This document shows, piece after piece, positions 1 through 9,649 of a stretch of 64,000 nucleotides of DNA. Source of the DNA: an uncultured Gammaproteobacteria bacterium. GTDB taxonomy: Bacteria; Patescibacteriota; Microgenomatia; CAYXHB01; CAZYTL01. Location of the stretch: the NCBI GenBank assembly GCA_964650355.1, contig CAZYTL010000005.1:23209-87208 (forward strand), read 5' to 3'. Under the pieces are notes generated by a model. The model searched no databases. It was not told the DNA's origin and saw only the letters and a list, made by a program, of their open reading frames with translations. A program made the position numbers and the translations under genes. The stretch's first letter is position 1. Every line of letters begins with the position of its first letter.

Positions 1-240
1 AAAATCGGCAAACTGGTGCTCAAATCTCCCCACATAATTATTTATTCCTAAGGGGTCGTTAACTACAGACACAGCATGATCGCAAGAAGGACAGTGGATC
101 TCCCCCCAGTTACCTATTGTTCCATCCTCAAAATCTTGAACAATAACCGCCGCCCAAGTGGTTGTAGCACCTACACTCATCACTACCAAACCCATTCCCA
201 CAACTACCAGCAAGTTAATTAACGATCTTTTACTCGCCAT
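1..240 (-). CDS. 5' part of a secreted protein (probable polysaccharide-lyase-like array member), runs off the window start
   Basis: Manual translation from ATG at 240 is open to position 1: MASKRSLINLLVVVGMGLVVMSVGATTTWAAVIVQDFEDGTIGNWGEIHCPSCDH... It has a signal peptide and a DFEDG start resembling DFESG of 40010..41458. Not in the ORF track because it is truncated. Confidence 0.75.
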   Translation of the reverse strand, partial: MASKRSLINLLVVVGMGLVVMSVGATTTWAAVIVQDFEDGTIGNWGEIHCPSCDHAVSVVNDPLGINNYVGRFEHQFADF

Positions 241-274
241 TACCTTAACCTTATCAAAAAATCATGGTTAATTC

Positions 275-2425
275 TCAATTAACAATTACCTTTCCCCAAT
301 CAATCGTATTCACCTTCCCGTCTCCGGTCATATCTCCTAATCCCGTCAACCAGTTTGTCAGTAAATACTTCAGGTCCCTTACCCTATACCTTACCTGATC
401 ACTAATCACCATCTCCCCAAACACTGTCGAGTCTCCCGCCGGCTTGCTACTTCCTACCGGAAACCATAATAAGTAATCGTCTCTTCCTCCTCCGTCATCA
501 TCATCATTAATCCCTAAGTCAAACCCGATCATCTGATTCACCGGTGCATTACTCTGCCCTAAATTCCCCCACGGTATCGCTGCCTCTACCACATATCCAT
601 TACTCCCACTTACTACCGCATGCTCTACACCCGTAGTTCCGCTAATTATCCCCTGCTCAGCAATCCGATTAGTCAAATCAATCGTATATTGATGGTCATT
701 CCCGTCATACCCTGCCTGTCCGTCCCTGTCCCCGTCCACAAATATCTCTACACTATCATCGTCCCAGATGTTGGCTGCCTCATTACTTAATACATCATCT
801 GTTACCCTAACTCCCACATACAAATATTGCTCATCCCATGCGGCCTGCCAGCTCCCGCTCACATCACTTGCCGGCTCATTCACCTGCGCATACCCAAACT
901 CTCCTTCGTTTACTGGTATCCCTTCCCAGTCACTTAAATCCCCGTCTATCACCATCGGCGCCACCACCCGATTACTCTCAGCTCTCGGCCACGGTGCCAT
1001 TGTCGGTGTCGGACTGGTTGTCGCATCTGAAGGGTATTCATAAGCACCCATGTCAAACCCTCCTCCTTGTGGCCTGCTCACCCCAGCATAATCAAACGTG
1101 ATCCCCTGGCTAGTTAGGTCTACCCCACCATCTATCGCAGGAGAGTCACCTTGCAGTGAATAATCATCTGCCCCCGCATTGATAAACTTCACATCAGAAA
1201 CATTTGTCTGCGTCAAATTATCTGACACTACCACATTGTTCCCGCTCCCGATCGTCACATACCTTTGTTCCCCGTCTACGATAATGTTATTCTGTACTCT
1301 ATTATTATTGCCTTTATCGTTATTAAAAGCTATACCATTACGACTGGGGTTTATGATTGTATTATTCCAGACATAAATACTCTTCCCTACCACACCCGCC
1401 GGCGCCACTTTTATCCCGTTGTAATCTGAATTTAAACCCGGTCTGACTATCACGTTATTATAAATCCTGTTACCTCCATTACCTTGGACGTATATTCCTG
1501 TACCCCATCCGTCTTTGATTAAATTATTGTAAATATTACATACGCTCCCTAGATTATTCATTACCCCGCCTGAAAACCCCGGATCATGTGCCTGACTATC
1601 TTTGTAAATCAAATTATGGTGAATTCCGCAATCCGCTATTGCCGACCCTACTTGAATCCCCTTCATGCCAATGTTTTCCACTCGATTGTTATAAATATTC
1701 ACCCCCCTCAACACCGAATCATAAACATACTCTGTTCCGCTATTACAACTCAAACTCCTCCCCTGGTAGAACGAGCTGCCAATATAAAAAGCCGAATGTC
1801 CTGTACCATGCACATAATTATCATGCAAGACTGAATTATACTGTGTAAATTTGCTCCGGTTCACCACATCATCCAAATCACCTACTTTTATCCCGTCCCC
1901 GTCGTAATCATACGCATGCCAGTCACTGGTCGATCCGTCAGAACAGACCGCCACCGTCTTCGCTGATATCCCAATTATTGGCACTCCTGATACCTCAATG
2001 TGATCCACCTCAAAATCACTCGTCTTGTTGGGCATCGTTATCCCGTTTGCCGTCGAGTGAATAATCTTTATCCCGTACTTGACTTGAGTGTCACCTGTCC
2101 CGGTAATCTTGATATACTTGCTGTTTTGCACCAAAATCCCCTCTGACGTCGTTGAGTTAATCACCACTTGCCCACCGAAATTAATAAACGTAATTGGCGT
2201 ACTCGTGTCTCTCAAAAAATTTCTTAACTTCAAACTATCTCTATTTCCAGATAAAATGCACACTGTATCACCAGGCTGCACAGCAGCATAATTTTCCCTC
2301 CCGTCCGCAATCGATACGTTCACAGGAATCGTATAATCACAACTCACAGCTCCGTAAACCGTTCCTGGAACCATCAACCACCCTCCTATCACCATCATGA
2401 ACAACCAAACCAATCTTCTCCTCAT
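275..2425 (-). CDS. Secreted parallel beta-helix (pectin-lyase-like) protein + CBM9-like sugar-binding domain + dockerin-like tag
   Basis: Signal peptide, NN/IYNN beta-helix repeats, SPAIDGG...DMGAYEY (choice-of-anchor Q-like), PTPT linker, IDGDLSDW...WDDDSVEIFVD...GFDLGINDDD (CBM9-like), terminal GDMTGDGKVNTIDW. Confidence 0.85.
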   Translation of the reverse strand: MRRRLVWLFMMVIGGWLMVPGTVYGAVSCDYTIPVNVSIADGRENYAAVQPGDTVCILSGNRDSLKLRNFLRDTSTPITFINFGGQVVINSTTSEGILVQNSKYIKITGTGDTQVKYGIKIIHSTANGITMPNKTSDFEVDHIEVSGVPIIGISAKTVAVCSDGSTSDWHAYDYDGDGIKVGDLDDVVNRSKFTQYNSVLHDNYVHGTGHSAFYIGSSFYQGRSLSCNSGTEYVYDSVLRGVNIYNNRVENIGMKGIQVGSAIADCGIHHNLIYKDSQAHDPGFSGGVMNNLGSVCNIYNNLIKDGWGTGIYVQGNGGNRIYNNVIVRPGLNSDYNGIKVAPAGVVGKSIYVWNNTIINPSRNGIAFNNDKGNNNRVQNNIIVDGEQRYVTIGSGNNVVVSDNLTQTNVSDVKFINAGADDYSLQGDSPAIDGGVDLTSQGITFDYAGVSRPQGGGFDMGAYEYPSDATTSPTPTMAPWPRAESNRVVAPMVIDGDLSDWEGIPVNEGEFGYAQVNEPASDVSGSWQAAWDEQYLYVGVRVTDDVLSNEAANIWDDDSVEIFVDGDRDGQAGYDGNDHQYTIDLTNRIAEQGIISGTTGVEHAVVSGSNGYVVEAAIPWGNLGQSNAPVNQMIGFDLGINDDDDGGGRDDYLLWFPVGSSKPAGDSTVFGEMVISDQVRYRVRDLKYLLTNWLTGLGDMTGDGKVNTIDWGKVIVN

Positions 2426-2440
2426 AAATTCACTCTACCA
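2426..2440 (-). promoter_or_regulatory. Conserved extended -10-like box TG[G/A]TAGAGT-N6-ATG (leaderless-type promoter), first of 17 copies
   Basis: The + strand 10-mer (c/g/a)actcta(c/t)c(a/g) starts at 2431, 4685, 6656, 9568, 11749, 16628, 18237, 20124, 23055, 25181, 27574, 29322, 32735, 34364, 36542, 37331 and 41464, each exactly 6 nt beyond the ATG coordinate. Confidence 0.75.
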
Positions 2441-2637
2441 CGAATCACACATCACGAAGCACGTAACGATAGGCAAGAAACATGTAGCAAAAAACAAAAA
2501 ACTGAGAAACTAAGAGACAACGTAGTTACCTAATTACAACAAATTACTACTTTCTACTACCTACTTCCAAAATTCTTACTCCTGAATTCGAAATTCTATC
2601 TTCTATATTCTCATTTCTGATTCCTGTTTACCAATTA

Positions 2638-2706
2638 CCTGCCCGCAATGCTACGCCAGCCCGCAGTAGATACAGCGTTTCTGGCGGGTATAACGTTGCA
2701 GGCGGG
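2638..2706. repeat. REP-like GC-rich palindromic element with a second similar element nested inside
   Basis: cctgcccgcaatgctacg[ccagcccgcagtagatacagcgtttctggcggg]tataacgttgcaggcggg. The outer part matches 32810-32845. Confidence 0.7.
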
Positions 2707-2717
2707 CTGATTACCGA

Positions 2718-4679
2718 CTACTGACCACCGACCACCTTTCCCCAATCAATCGTATTCACCTTCCCATCCCCGTTCTGATCCAACAACCCATCAAACCAAC
2801 CCCCTAACACCTGCCTCAACTTTTTCCCTAATCCCATCTTTATTCCATAGATATCTACCTCCGTCAAACTATTCCACTCATTGGTATTATTTATATGCCC
2901 CAAATACCTCACGTATCTCCCTTGTATATCCGAAAAATCATATACCTCCTGCTCGAGAGTCATTCCGCTGCTTTCCCCACTCCACACCGTCTCCCAATTT
3001 ACCCTGTCACTCGAAACCTGTAAGTCAAACTTATTCATTCTACTGTCTCCTTGATATACCCCGATCCTCACCAGTCCCACCGTCCTCACTACACCTAAAT
3101 CATATTCAATCCATTGTCCGTCTCCGCTCGCTGACCAACGGGTACTCAAATCATTATCCACCGTATTTCCTGATAGGTTAGTCCCATCGTCTCCACTTGT
3201 CCTCACTCTACTAACGTCAGGCGTTATCTCCTCATACCTGGGATCAATCGTTGGTGTGGGCCGCGGAGTTACACTTGGTGCGCTGTTCATATATTCATCT
3301 GCTCCCACATCAGATCTGGCTATTCCGTCTCCGTTACCATCTTGAGGTCGTGGCTGATCATCTATATCTCTGACCGCATACCCACTACTACTGCCCTGAT
3401 CTATCGCCGGAGAGTTTACCGTTAAATGAAAATCCAGTTGTGACGGATCTTTAAACTTGACCGCATCTCTTTGGCCGTAAACTAAATTATTATAAGCATT
3501 CACATAATTACTTACCACTCCTGTCTCTAAAGTCTCGGCTATCAAATTATCATAAACCGCCCCCTGTTTTGGAGTTGAACTGACTCTGATTCCGCTCCGA
3601 GAACTTTTAACAATCGTATTATTATAAATCATTCCTCCATCTCCCAAGTCCCAGTTAATCCCCTGCGCACTTGTAGCCATCCCCGAATTGTAAAAAATAT
3701 TATTGTAAATCACATATCCTCCGATTCCTTGAATATACATCCCCGAACCTCGAGAATTATAGATTTGGTTATTATAATAATTACCAGTAGTCCCCCTATT
3801 TATGATCATTCCAAATCTCCCGTTCCCAGCTGATGGATCTGAAGACAACCCTGCATCCCTAACTATATTATGATGAATATCAACTTCACTTACCGCACTC
3901 CCCACCTGAATCCCGTCCCACCCCGTCCGATCCACCACATTATTATAAACCTTCACCCCTCTCAATACCGGATCATCAACATATTCTGTTCCGCTATTAC
4001 AACTCAAACTCCTCCCTTGGTAGAAAGAACTGCCGATATAAAACCCCTCTGTTCCCACATCATGAACATAATTATCATGAAAAATCGAATTAATCTGCGT
4101 AAAATTACTCCGATTCACCACATCATCTAAATCACCCACCTTTATCCCGTCTCCGTCGTAATCATACGCATGCCAATCGGAAGTCGATCCATCAGAACAA
4201 ACCGCCTCTGTCTTCGCTGATACGCCAATTATCGGCACCCCTGATACCTCAATGTGATCCACCTCAAAGTCACTTGTCTTGTTGGGCATCGTCATCCCGT
4301 TCGCCGTCGAGTGAATTATCTTTATCCCGTATTTGACTTGAGTATCTCCGGTCCCTGTAATCTTGATAAACTTACTGTTTTGCACCAAAATCCCTTCTGA
4401 CGTCGTCGAGTTGATCACCACTTGCCCTCCGAAATTAATAAACGTAATTGGCGTACTCGTGTCCCTCAAAAAATTTCTTAACTTCAAACTATCTCTATTC
4501 CCGGCTAAAATGCAAACTGTATCTCCTGGTTGCACACCAGCATAATTACCCCTCCCGTCTGCAATCGATACGTTCACGGGAATCGTATAATCACAGCTCA
4601 CCGCTCCGTAAACTGTCTCTGGATTCATCAACCCCCCTGCTATCACCATTATGAATAACCCGACCAGATTTCTCCTCAT
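2718..4679 (-). CDS. Secreted beta-helix protein + F5/8 type C (discoidin/CBM32-like) domain + dockerin-like tag
   Basis: First ~200 aa near-identical to 275..2425. NTVDNDLSTRWSASGDGQWIEYDLG...RYVRY...SLTEVDIY (F5/8). Terminal LDQNGDGKVNTIDW. Confidence 0.85.
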   Translation of the reverse strand: MRRNLVGLFIMVIAGGLMNPETVYGAVSCDYTIPVNVSIADGRGNYAGVQPGDTVCILAGNRDSLKLRNFLRDTSTPITFINFGGQVVINSTTSEGILVQNSKFIKITGTGDTQVKYGIKIIHSTANGMTMPNKTSDFEVDHIEVSGVPIIGVSAKTEAVCSDGSTSDWHAYDYDGDGIKVGDLDDVVNRSNFTQINSIFHDNYVHDVGTEGFYIGSSFYQGRSLSCNSGTEYVDDPVLRGVKVYNNVVDRTGWDGIQVGSAVSEVDIHHNIVRDAGLSSDPSAGNGRFGMIINRGTTGNYYNNQIYNSRGSGMYIQGIGGYVIYNNIFYNSGMATSAQGINWDLGDGGMIYNNTIVKSSRSGIRVSSTPKQGAVYDNLIAETLETGVVSNYVNAYNNLVYGQRDAVKFKDPSQLDFHLTVNSPAIDQGSSSGYAVRDIDDQPRPQDGNGDGIARSDVGADEYMNSAPSVTPRPTPTIDPRYEEITPDVSRVRTSGDDGTNLSGNTVDNDLSTRWSASGDGQWIEYDLGVVRTVGLVRIGVYQGDSRMNKFDLQVSSDRVNWETVWSGESSGMTLEQEVYDFSDIQGRYVRYLGHINNTNEWNSLTEVDIYGIKMGLGKKLRQVLGGWFDGLLDQNGDGKVNTIDWGKVVGGQ

Positions 4680-4754
4680 ACATTCACTCTACCATAGCCC
4701 AAAGATCGCGTAGCCCGCATCGCATCACGCGTAAATCTACCATCTCTTTTTTCT

Positions 4755-6650
4755 TTACAACAGACCACTTATCACCTTCCCCCAATCCCAACTATTTACC
4801 ACCCCATCTTCGCTCCCGTCTCCTGCACTACCTAACCAATTACTCAACAAAAACCTCCACCCCGGTTCCTGGTATACCAATCTAATCGCATCTGCCACCA
4901 CATCTTCTCCTCCGCTTACCATATCACTAACCGTCACCGACCCTTGATTAATAAAATAATATTTTCCCAACAGATTCCATTGCTCGTTACTTACCTGCTG
5001 GTTCACTCTTACTTCTTCTGCTCCTCCGGTAAAATTTATCGTATACGGTACATCAGTTGGCCGTATCATCGATGGCCACCAACTCGCATATACCTCATAC
5101 TCTCCCGGCCGGTTAACCGTAAACGACCACGTAGCTGTATCTCCGCCTCTAATCAAATGGTTAAACATATGCGAACTACCGTAGTGCAACCCCTGGGGAT
5201 CAACGTATTCCTGCCACATATCCTGCACAAACGCAGTGCTAAACCCCTCATCGACATTATCAATAATCATCTCATTTGGATTTACAGTTGGTGTTGCCAT
5301 CGGACTCATACTTACATACTCATACGCTCCCATATCTGGTTTGGAATCCCGTGAATTACCTTCAAAGTCAAGGCTGACTCCTACCGCTGTTCCCTCATCT
5401 CTTACCAAACTATCAGACACTAACCGAAAATCATTCACTGCCCTGTCCACAAACCCCGGGTCCACATGCAAAGTATTTGGCCCATCCAAAGCATGGCTGG
5501 TCCCTGGTCCTCCGTACCAATCATTATAATCCATCACATTACTGCCCGATAAACTCCGATTATTAATCTGCTCATCAGTATTAAAGGCTGAAATATTGTC
5601 AATGATCCGGTTATTTTTCAGATTCTTAAAATCTGCAAATAATATTCCTGTCCTATTACCCACCACCGTGTTGTGGTAAATTTCATTTCCGTACCCCACC
5701 ACCGTGTCTGCCGGCCAACCATCCAGTTTGCCCGCGTCCAACCTGATTCCGGAATACGGATTCCCGTAAATCAAATTATTGGTTACTTTAGTCAACCTCC
5801 TCACATAAATCGCCGCCTGTGTATAATTACGACCGCATTCATAAATTCTATTACCGTCAATCACATTGGCGTCCGGCGACCCGATTCCAAAATGTCCACA
5901 ATCAGAAATCGTATTTCCCTGTATCAGGGTACCCACGGCATTCAGCTTAGTATCCACCCCTTCCCATACATTATAAATCGTATTACCAATCACTTTATTA
6001 TTCCGACAATGATGTGTATAACTAGCCCCGCCTTTGGACACATAAATCCCTTCACCTAATGAAATATCATAAACTTCATTATTTTCTAACAAATTATCAT
6101 CGCACGACGGATAATCAGGATTGTCATAGTGAATACCAATCTTAATTCCAATTGTCGTCCCGGAATAATACGTCGGATCTATATAAATATGATGAATCTT
6201 CATCCCCCGCACAATATTGTGGTCCGCCCATATATTCATCGCTTCTGCAATGAAATTCTTCAGCTCTAATCCTTCAATAATCCAGTAGTCATGCTTGATT
6301 CCCAAAAACTTTTGCACCACATAATTGCCGTCAATCACCACCCCGCTCGACTCTGGTTTAACCGTGATCGGTGCCTGAGCCGTTCCACTAGCCGCAGTTT
6401 CAGCGTACATATACAAAGGACTACTCCCCCCTCCGCCCACATTATAAGTACCACCTCGAATCAACAACCGGTCCCCGGCTCTTAGTTTGTTAATCCCGTA
6501 GCTGATCGATTTCCATGGGCTCTGACTGCTTCCGCTGTTGCCGTCATTTCCTGTGGTCGCCACATAATAATCCGCTGCCAGCGCTGTTTTGGACATTACC
6601 AGATTCATCCCCACGCCTATCAATAACCAAACCGCGATTCTTCTTAACAT
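4755..6650 (-). CDS. Secreted beta-helix protein + golvesin/xanthan-lyase C-terminal-like module + dockerin-like tag
   Basis: DYYVATTGNDGNSGSSQSPWKSI beta-helix N-cap, PDMGAYEY, IIDN...ATWSF...YEVYASW...QWNLLGKY...VVADAIRLV, GDGSEDGVVNSWDW. Confidence 0.85.
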   Translation of the reverse strand: MLRRIAVWLLIGVGMNLVMSKTALAADYYVATTGNDGNSGSSQSPWKSISYGINKLRAGDRLLIRGGTYNVGGGGSSPLYMYAETAASGTAQAPITVKPESSGVVIDGNYVVQKFLGIKHDYWIIEGLELKNFIAEAMNIWADHNIVRGMKIHHIYIDPTYYSGTTIGIKIGIHYDNPDYPSCDDNLLENNEVYDISLGEGIYVSKGGASYTHHCRNNKVIGNTIYNVWEGVDTKLNAVGTLIQGNTISDCGHFGIGSPDANVIDGNRIYECGRNYTQAAIYVRRLTKVTNNLIYGNPYSGIRLDAGKLDGWPADTVVGYGNEIYHNTVVGNRTGILFADFKNLKNNRIIDNISAFNTDEQINNRSLSGSNVMDYNDWYGGPGTSHALDGPNTLHVDPGFVDRAVNDFRLVSDSLVRDEGTAVGVSLDFEGNSRDSKPDMGAYEYVSMSPMATPTVNPNEMIIDNVDEGFSTAFVQDMWQEYVDPQGLHYGSSHMFNHLIRGGDTATWSFTVNRPGEYEVYASWWPSMIRPTDVPYTINFTGGAEEVRVNQQVSNEQWNLLGKYYFINQGSVTVSDMVSGGEDVVADAIRLVYQEPGWRFLLSNWLGSAGDGSEDGVVNSWDWGKVISGLL

Positions 6651-6740
6651 ATCTTCACTCTACCACAGCTCAGAGGTCACGTAACCCGCATCACACAACC
6701 AACAAATCAATGTCTCGTGACTTGACGTTCCGCCATACGC

Positions 6741-7277
6741 TTAATACGCCTTTCTCCCTATTACAGCCACCTTGCTCCCATCCACAATAACGGGAATCAC
6801 CACCTGATTACCAATCTGGTAATCTCTTTCTTGCTCTTTATCATTAACAAGTACTCTTAAATCATAAAGTGGATCTCTAGTATCTTCCGTCGAGTCAGCC
6901 AAAAACACGCTGGGTTGAGTACACATACCCCGACCAGGTGGACAAGCTTTTTCCCCAAGCAGAGTACTAATCACATACCCGGAAACCTTAACCATAGAGC
7001 CGTTCAAAGCACTCCGGTGTTCAACCACATATTTGACCGGTATCGGCTCTTGCGGAAGTGAACCAACAGATAAATCAGGATATGGCGCTAAACCGGCCTC
7101 ATTAGGATCCTCGGGTTGGATCGTTGCACTGGAAAGCTGCCCACTTCCCTGGCTCACAGGAGTGTTAACACCACTGTCCGGTCCACCGCCCAACCCCTTT
7201 TGGTAGTAAACCAAAAATATCACCACTCCCACCAGCACTCCAATCACCATCAGTAATCTGGTTGTCGTTTTTTGCAT
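6741..7277 (-). CDS. Membrane-anchored hypothetical protein, possible OB-fold-like domain
   Basis: N-terminal TM helix, then a soluble domain with LNGSMVKVSGYV and CPPGRGMC. Lacks the array tag and promoter box. Confidence 0.6.
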   Translation of the reverse strand: MQKTTTRLLMVIGVLVGVVIFLVYYQKGLGGGPDSGVNTPVSQGSGQLSSATIQPEDPNEAGLAPYPDLSVGSLPQEPIPVKYVVEHRSALNGSMVKVSGYVISTLLGEKACPPGRGMCTQPSVFLADSTEDTRDPLYDLRVLVNDKEQERDYQIGNQVVIPVIVDGSKVAVIGRKAY

Positions 7278-7333
7278 ATATAATACCAGCTTAACATAAA
7301 CTCAAATTCAGATTCAGCCCTAATTTTCTAATC

Positions 7334-9562
7334 TTAATTATCAAAACGCCCCCCCTCCACCCAACTCACCCCATTCTGCAAACTCCCATCATTGTGATTA
7401 CCCGTCGCGTCGTGAACCACCGTTCCGCTGCCTTCATTAAACTTCCAGTAACCCACCAACCCGGCTGCACCCAGATCAACCTCTCGACTCATATCTGACT
7501 GAATCTGTTGCTGAGTCCTGGCATAATTCCACAACCTCAATTCGTCTTCCTCTCCCTGCAAACTGTAACTACTTACCGCTGAAGAAATATACATATCTTC
7601 TGTCGTGCCAATGGATCTCCCATTCAAAACACTTATATCAAAGTTCCCCACCAAATTTCCATCTAAATAAAAGCTCGCCTGCTGACTCCTGTCAGCCACC
7701 ACTGCCACCTGATGCCACTGATCATCCTTGATCCCCAACGACTTATCTGAATTCGCATATACAACCTGGCTTCCATCCCCCAAATATAATCTCAAATCAT
7801 CATCCTGGTTTGAATACCAAAACCAATACCCCGGCTGAGAAGCACTGCTCGCGCCCTTATAATCAATATTGAAATTTGAATTCTGCGTACTTGCCACCTT
7901 CACCCAAGCTTCAATCGAAAAATCCCCGCTCCCTACATCCAACTCCGGGACGTTAGCAAACCTCACTCGGTCGTCTATCCCGTCAAAATGCACCGCATAT
8001 TTAACCGGCGGCCTAATGATTAACTTCGCCCAATCCAGACTATTGATCACTCCGTCGGCTACTCCTTCAAAAATCTGGTTATTAGTCAACCAGCTAACTA
8101 ATAAACTCTTTGCCTGAGAGGCCCAAGGTATCGGCGTTACCGTCGGTGTCGGCACTATCCCTGACGCATATTCATACGCCCCGATATCATAAACTCCTTC
8201 TTGCGGACGGCTAATTCCCAAATAATCACTAGTGACAAAATCCACTGTTGTACCCGCATTAACCGCTGGCGATCCCGATTGCACGGAGTAATCACCACTG
8301 CCCGGATCAGTAAATTTTACCTCCCCCACCGTGGGGCTCGATAAGTTATTCGTCACCAAAACCCCGGCCGTAGTCTTAATATACGTCTCGCCGTTTTGGG
8401 GATTTACCACCAAATTATTTTGCACTAAATTATCGCTTCCGAAATCCTGATTGAACAAAATTCCCCATCCTCTTGGTTTCACAATCGTATTATTGGCAAC
8501 AAAAACACTATTACCATGATTTATTTTTGTACCAACATATATACCGCTCCCGTTAGCACTAGTATAAGAACTGTACCTACCCGGATTTATAATCACATTA
8601 TTAAACACATGATTCAACCCATGTCCCTGCACATAAATTCCGGCTCCAATAATGTCCGTAATAAAATTATTATAGACATCACACACACTTCCCGGATTAA
8701 TCATATAACCTCCCTCATGTGCTGTCTGCTGTTCAGTTCCTGTATTTGTTATCCGATTATGATGCGCGTCGCAATTTTCCACTGCTGATCCGATTTGAAT
8801 TCCCTTAGTGCCGATATCTTCCACCTGGTTACCGTAAACATGCACGCCCTTCAAAACCGGATCATAAATCGTGGCTGTTCCTCCGCAATTTAATTCATAA
8901 GCTCCCTCTACATAATGCGAACTTCCTAAATACATCCCCATCGAAATATTGTAAATATATATGTCATGAAAAGTAATGTTGTGTGTAGTTATTTCGGTTT
9001 ACCGCATCCTGAGCATCAATTTCTCCATCGTTATTATAGTCATACCCTCTCCAGCTGGTGGGGGACCCGTCTGGGCAGGTCGAATCCGCCTTACTTGACA
9101 CTCCGATTCCGGTTCCTCCTATTCCGGTGATTTCCAAATGATCGACTTCAAAATTGTCAGACTTATGCAATAAATTAATTCCCGTATTCGTAGATCCTGA
9201 AATCTTTATTCCGTAATTCACCCCTGCCGCCCCCGTTCCCGTAATTCTAATATGACTGCTATTGCTCACTTCTATCCCCGAAGACTGGCTGGTATTAATT
9301 ACTACTTGCCCCCTGAATTAATAAAAGTAATCGGTGTCGTGGACGATCTTTTAAAATTTATCAAATTCAACGCTCCTCGGTTTCCGGCTTCAATACACAC
9401 CGTATCTCCGGGTTTCACACTCGCATAATTACCTCTACCGTCAACCCTTGTTACCCCTGTGGAAATAGTAAAATCGCAACTCAGTGCTTCATAAACTACT
9501 TCCGGACTCATCATCCACCCGATCACGATTAATCCAACCATCCAAATCAATCTTCTCCTCAT
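7334..9562 (-). pseudogene. Frameshifted array member: beta-helix + dockerin-like tag + LamG domain
   Basis: Three consecutive ORFs (9302..9562, 8964..9269, 7334..8941) are collinear with paralogue 275..2425. Frameshift 1 lies in a G5 run (9309-9313; GGK* instead of GGQVVIN). Frameshift 2 lies near 8975-8985. Confidence 0.85.
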
Positions 9563-9649
9563 ATCATGACTCTACCACGATCCAAGTATCACGGAGCACA
9601 TAACACGTAGCATTCCGTTTACCCCTCATTACCATTTACAATTTACCGA

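Noticed and set aside
2440-2640. CRISPR array in the repetitive intergenic spacers
   Set aside because: The repeats are degenerate 7-mers without constant 25-40 bp repeats or unique spacers, and no cas genes are present.
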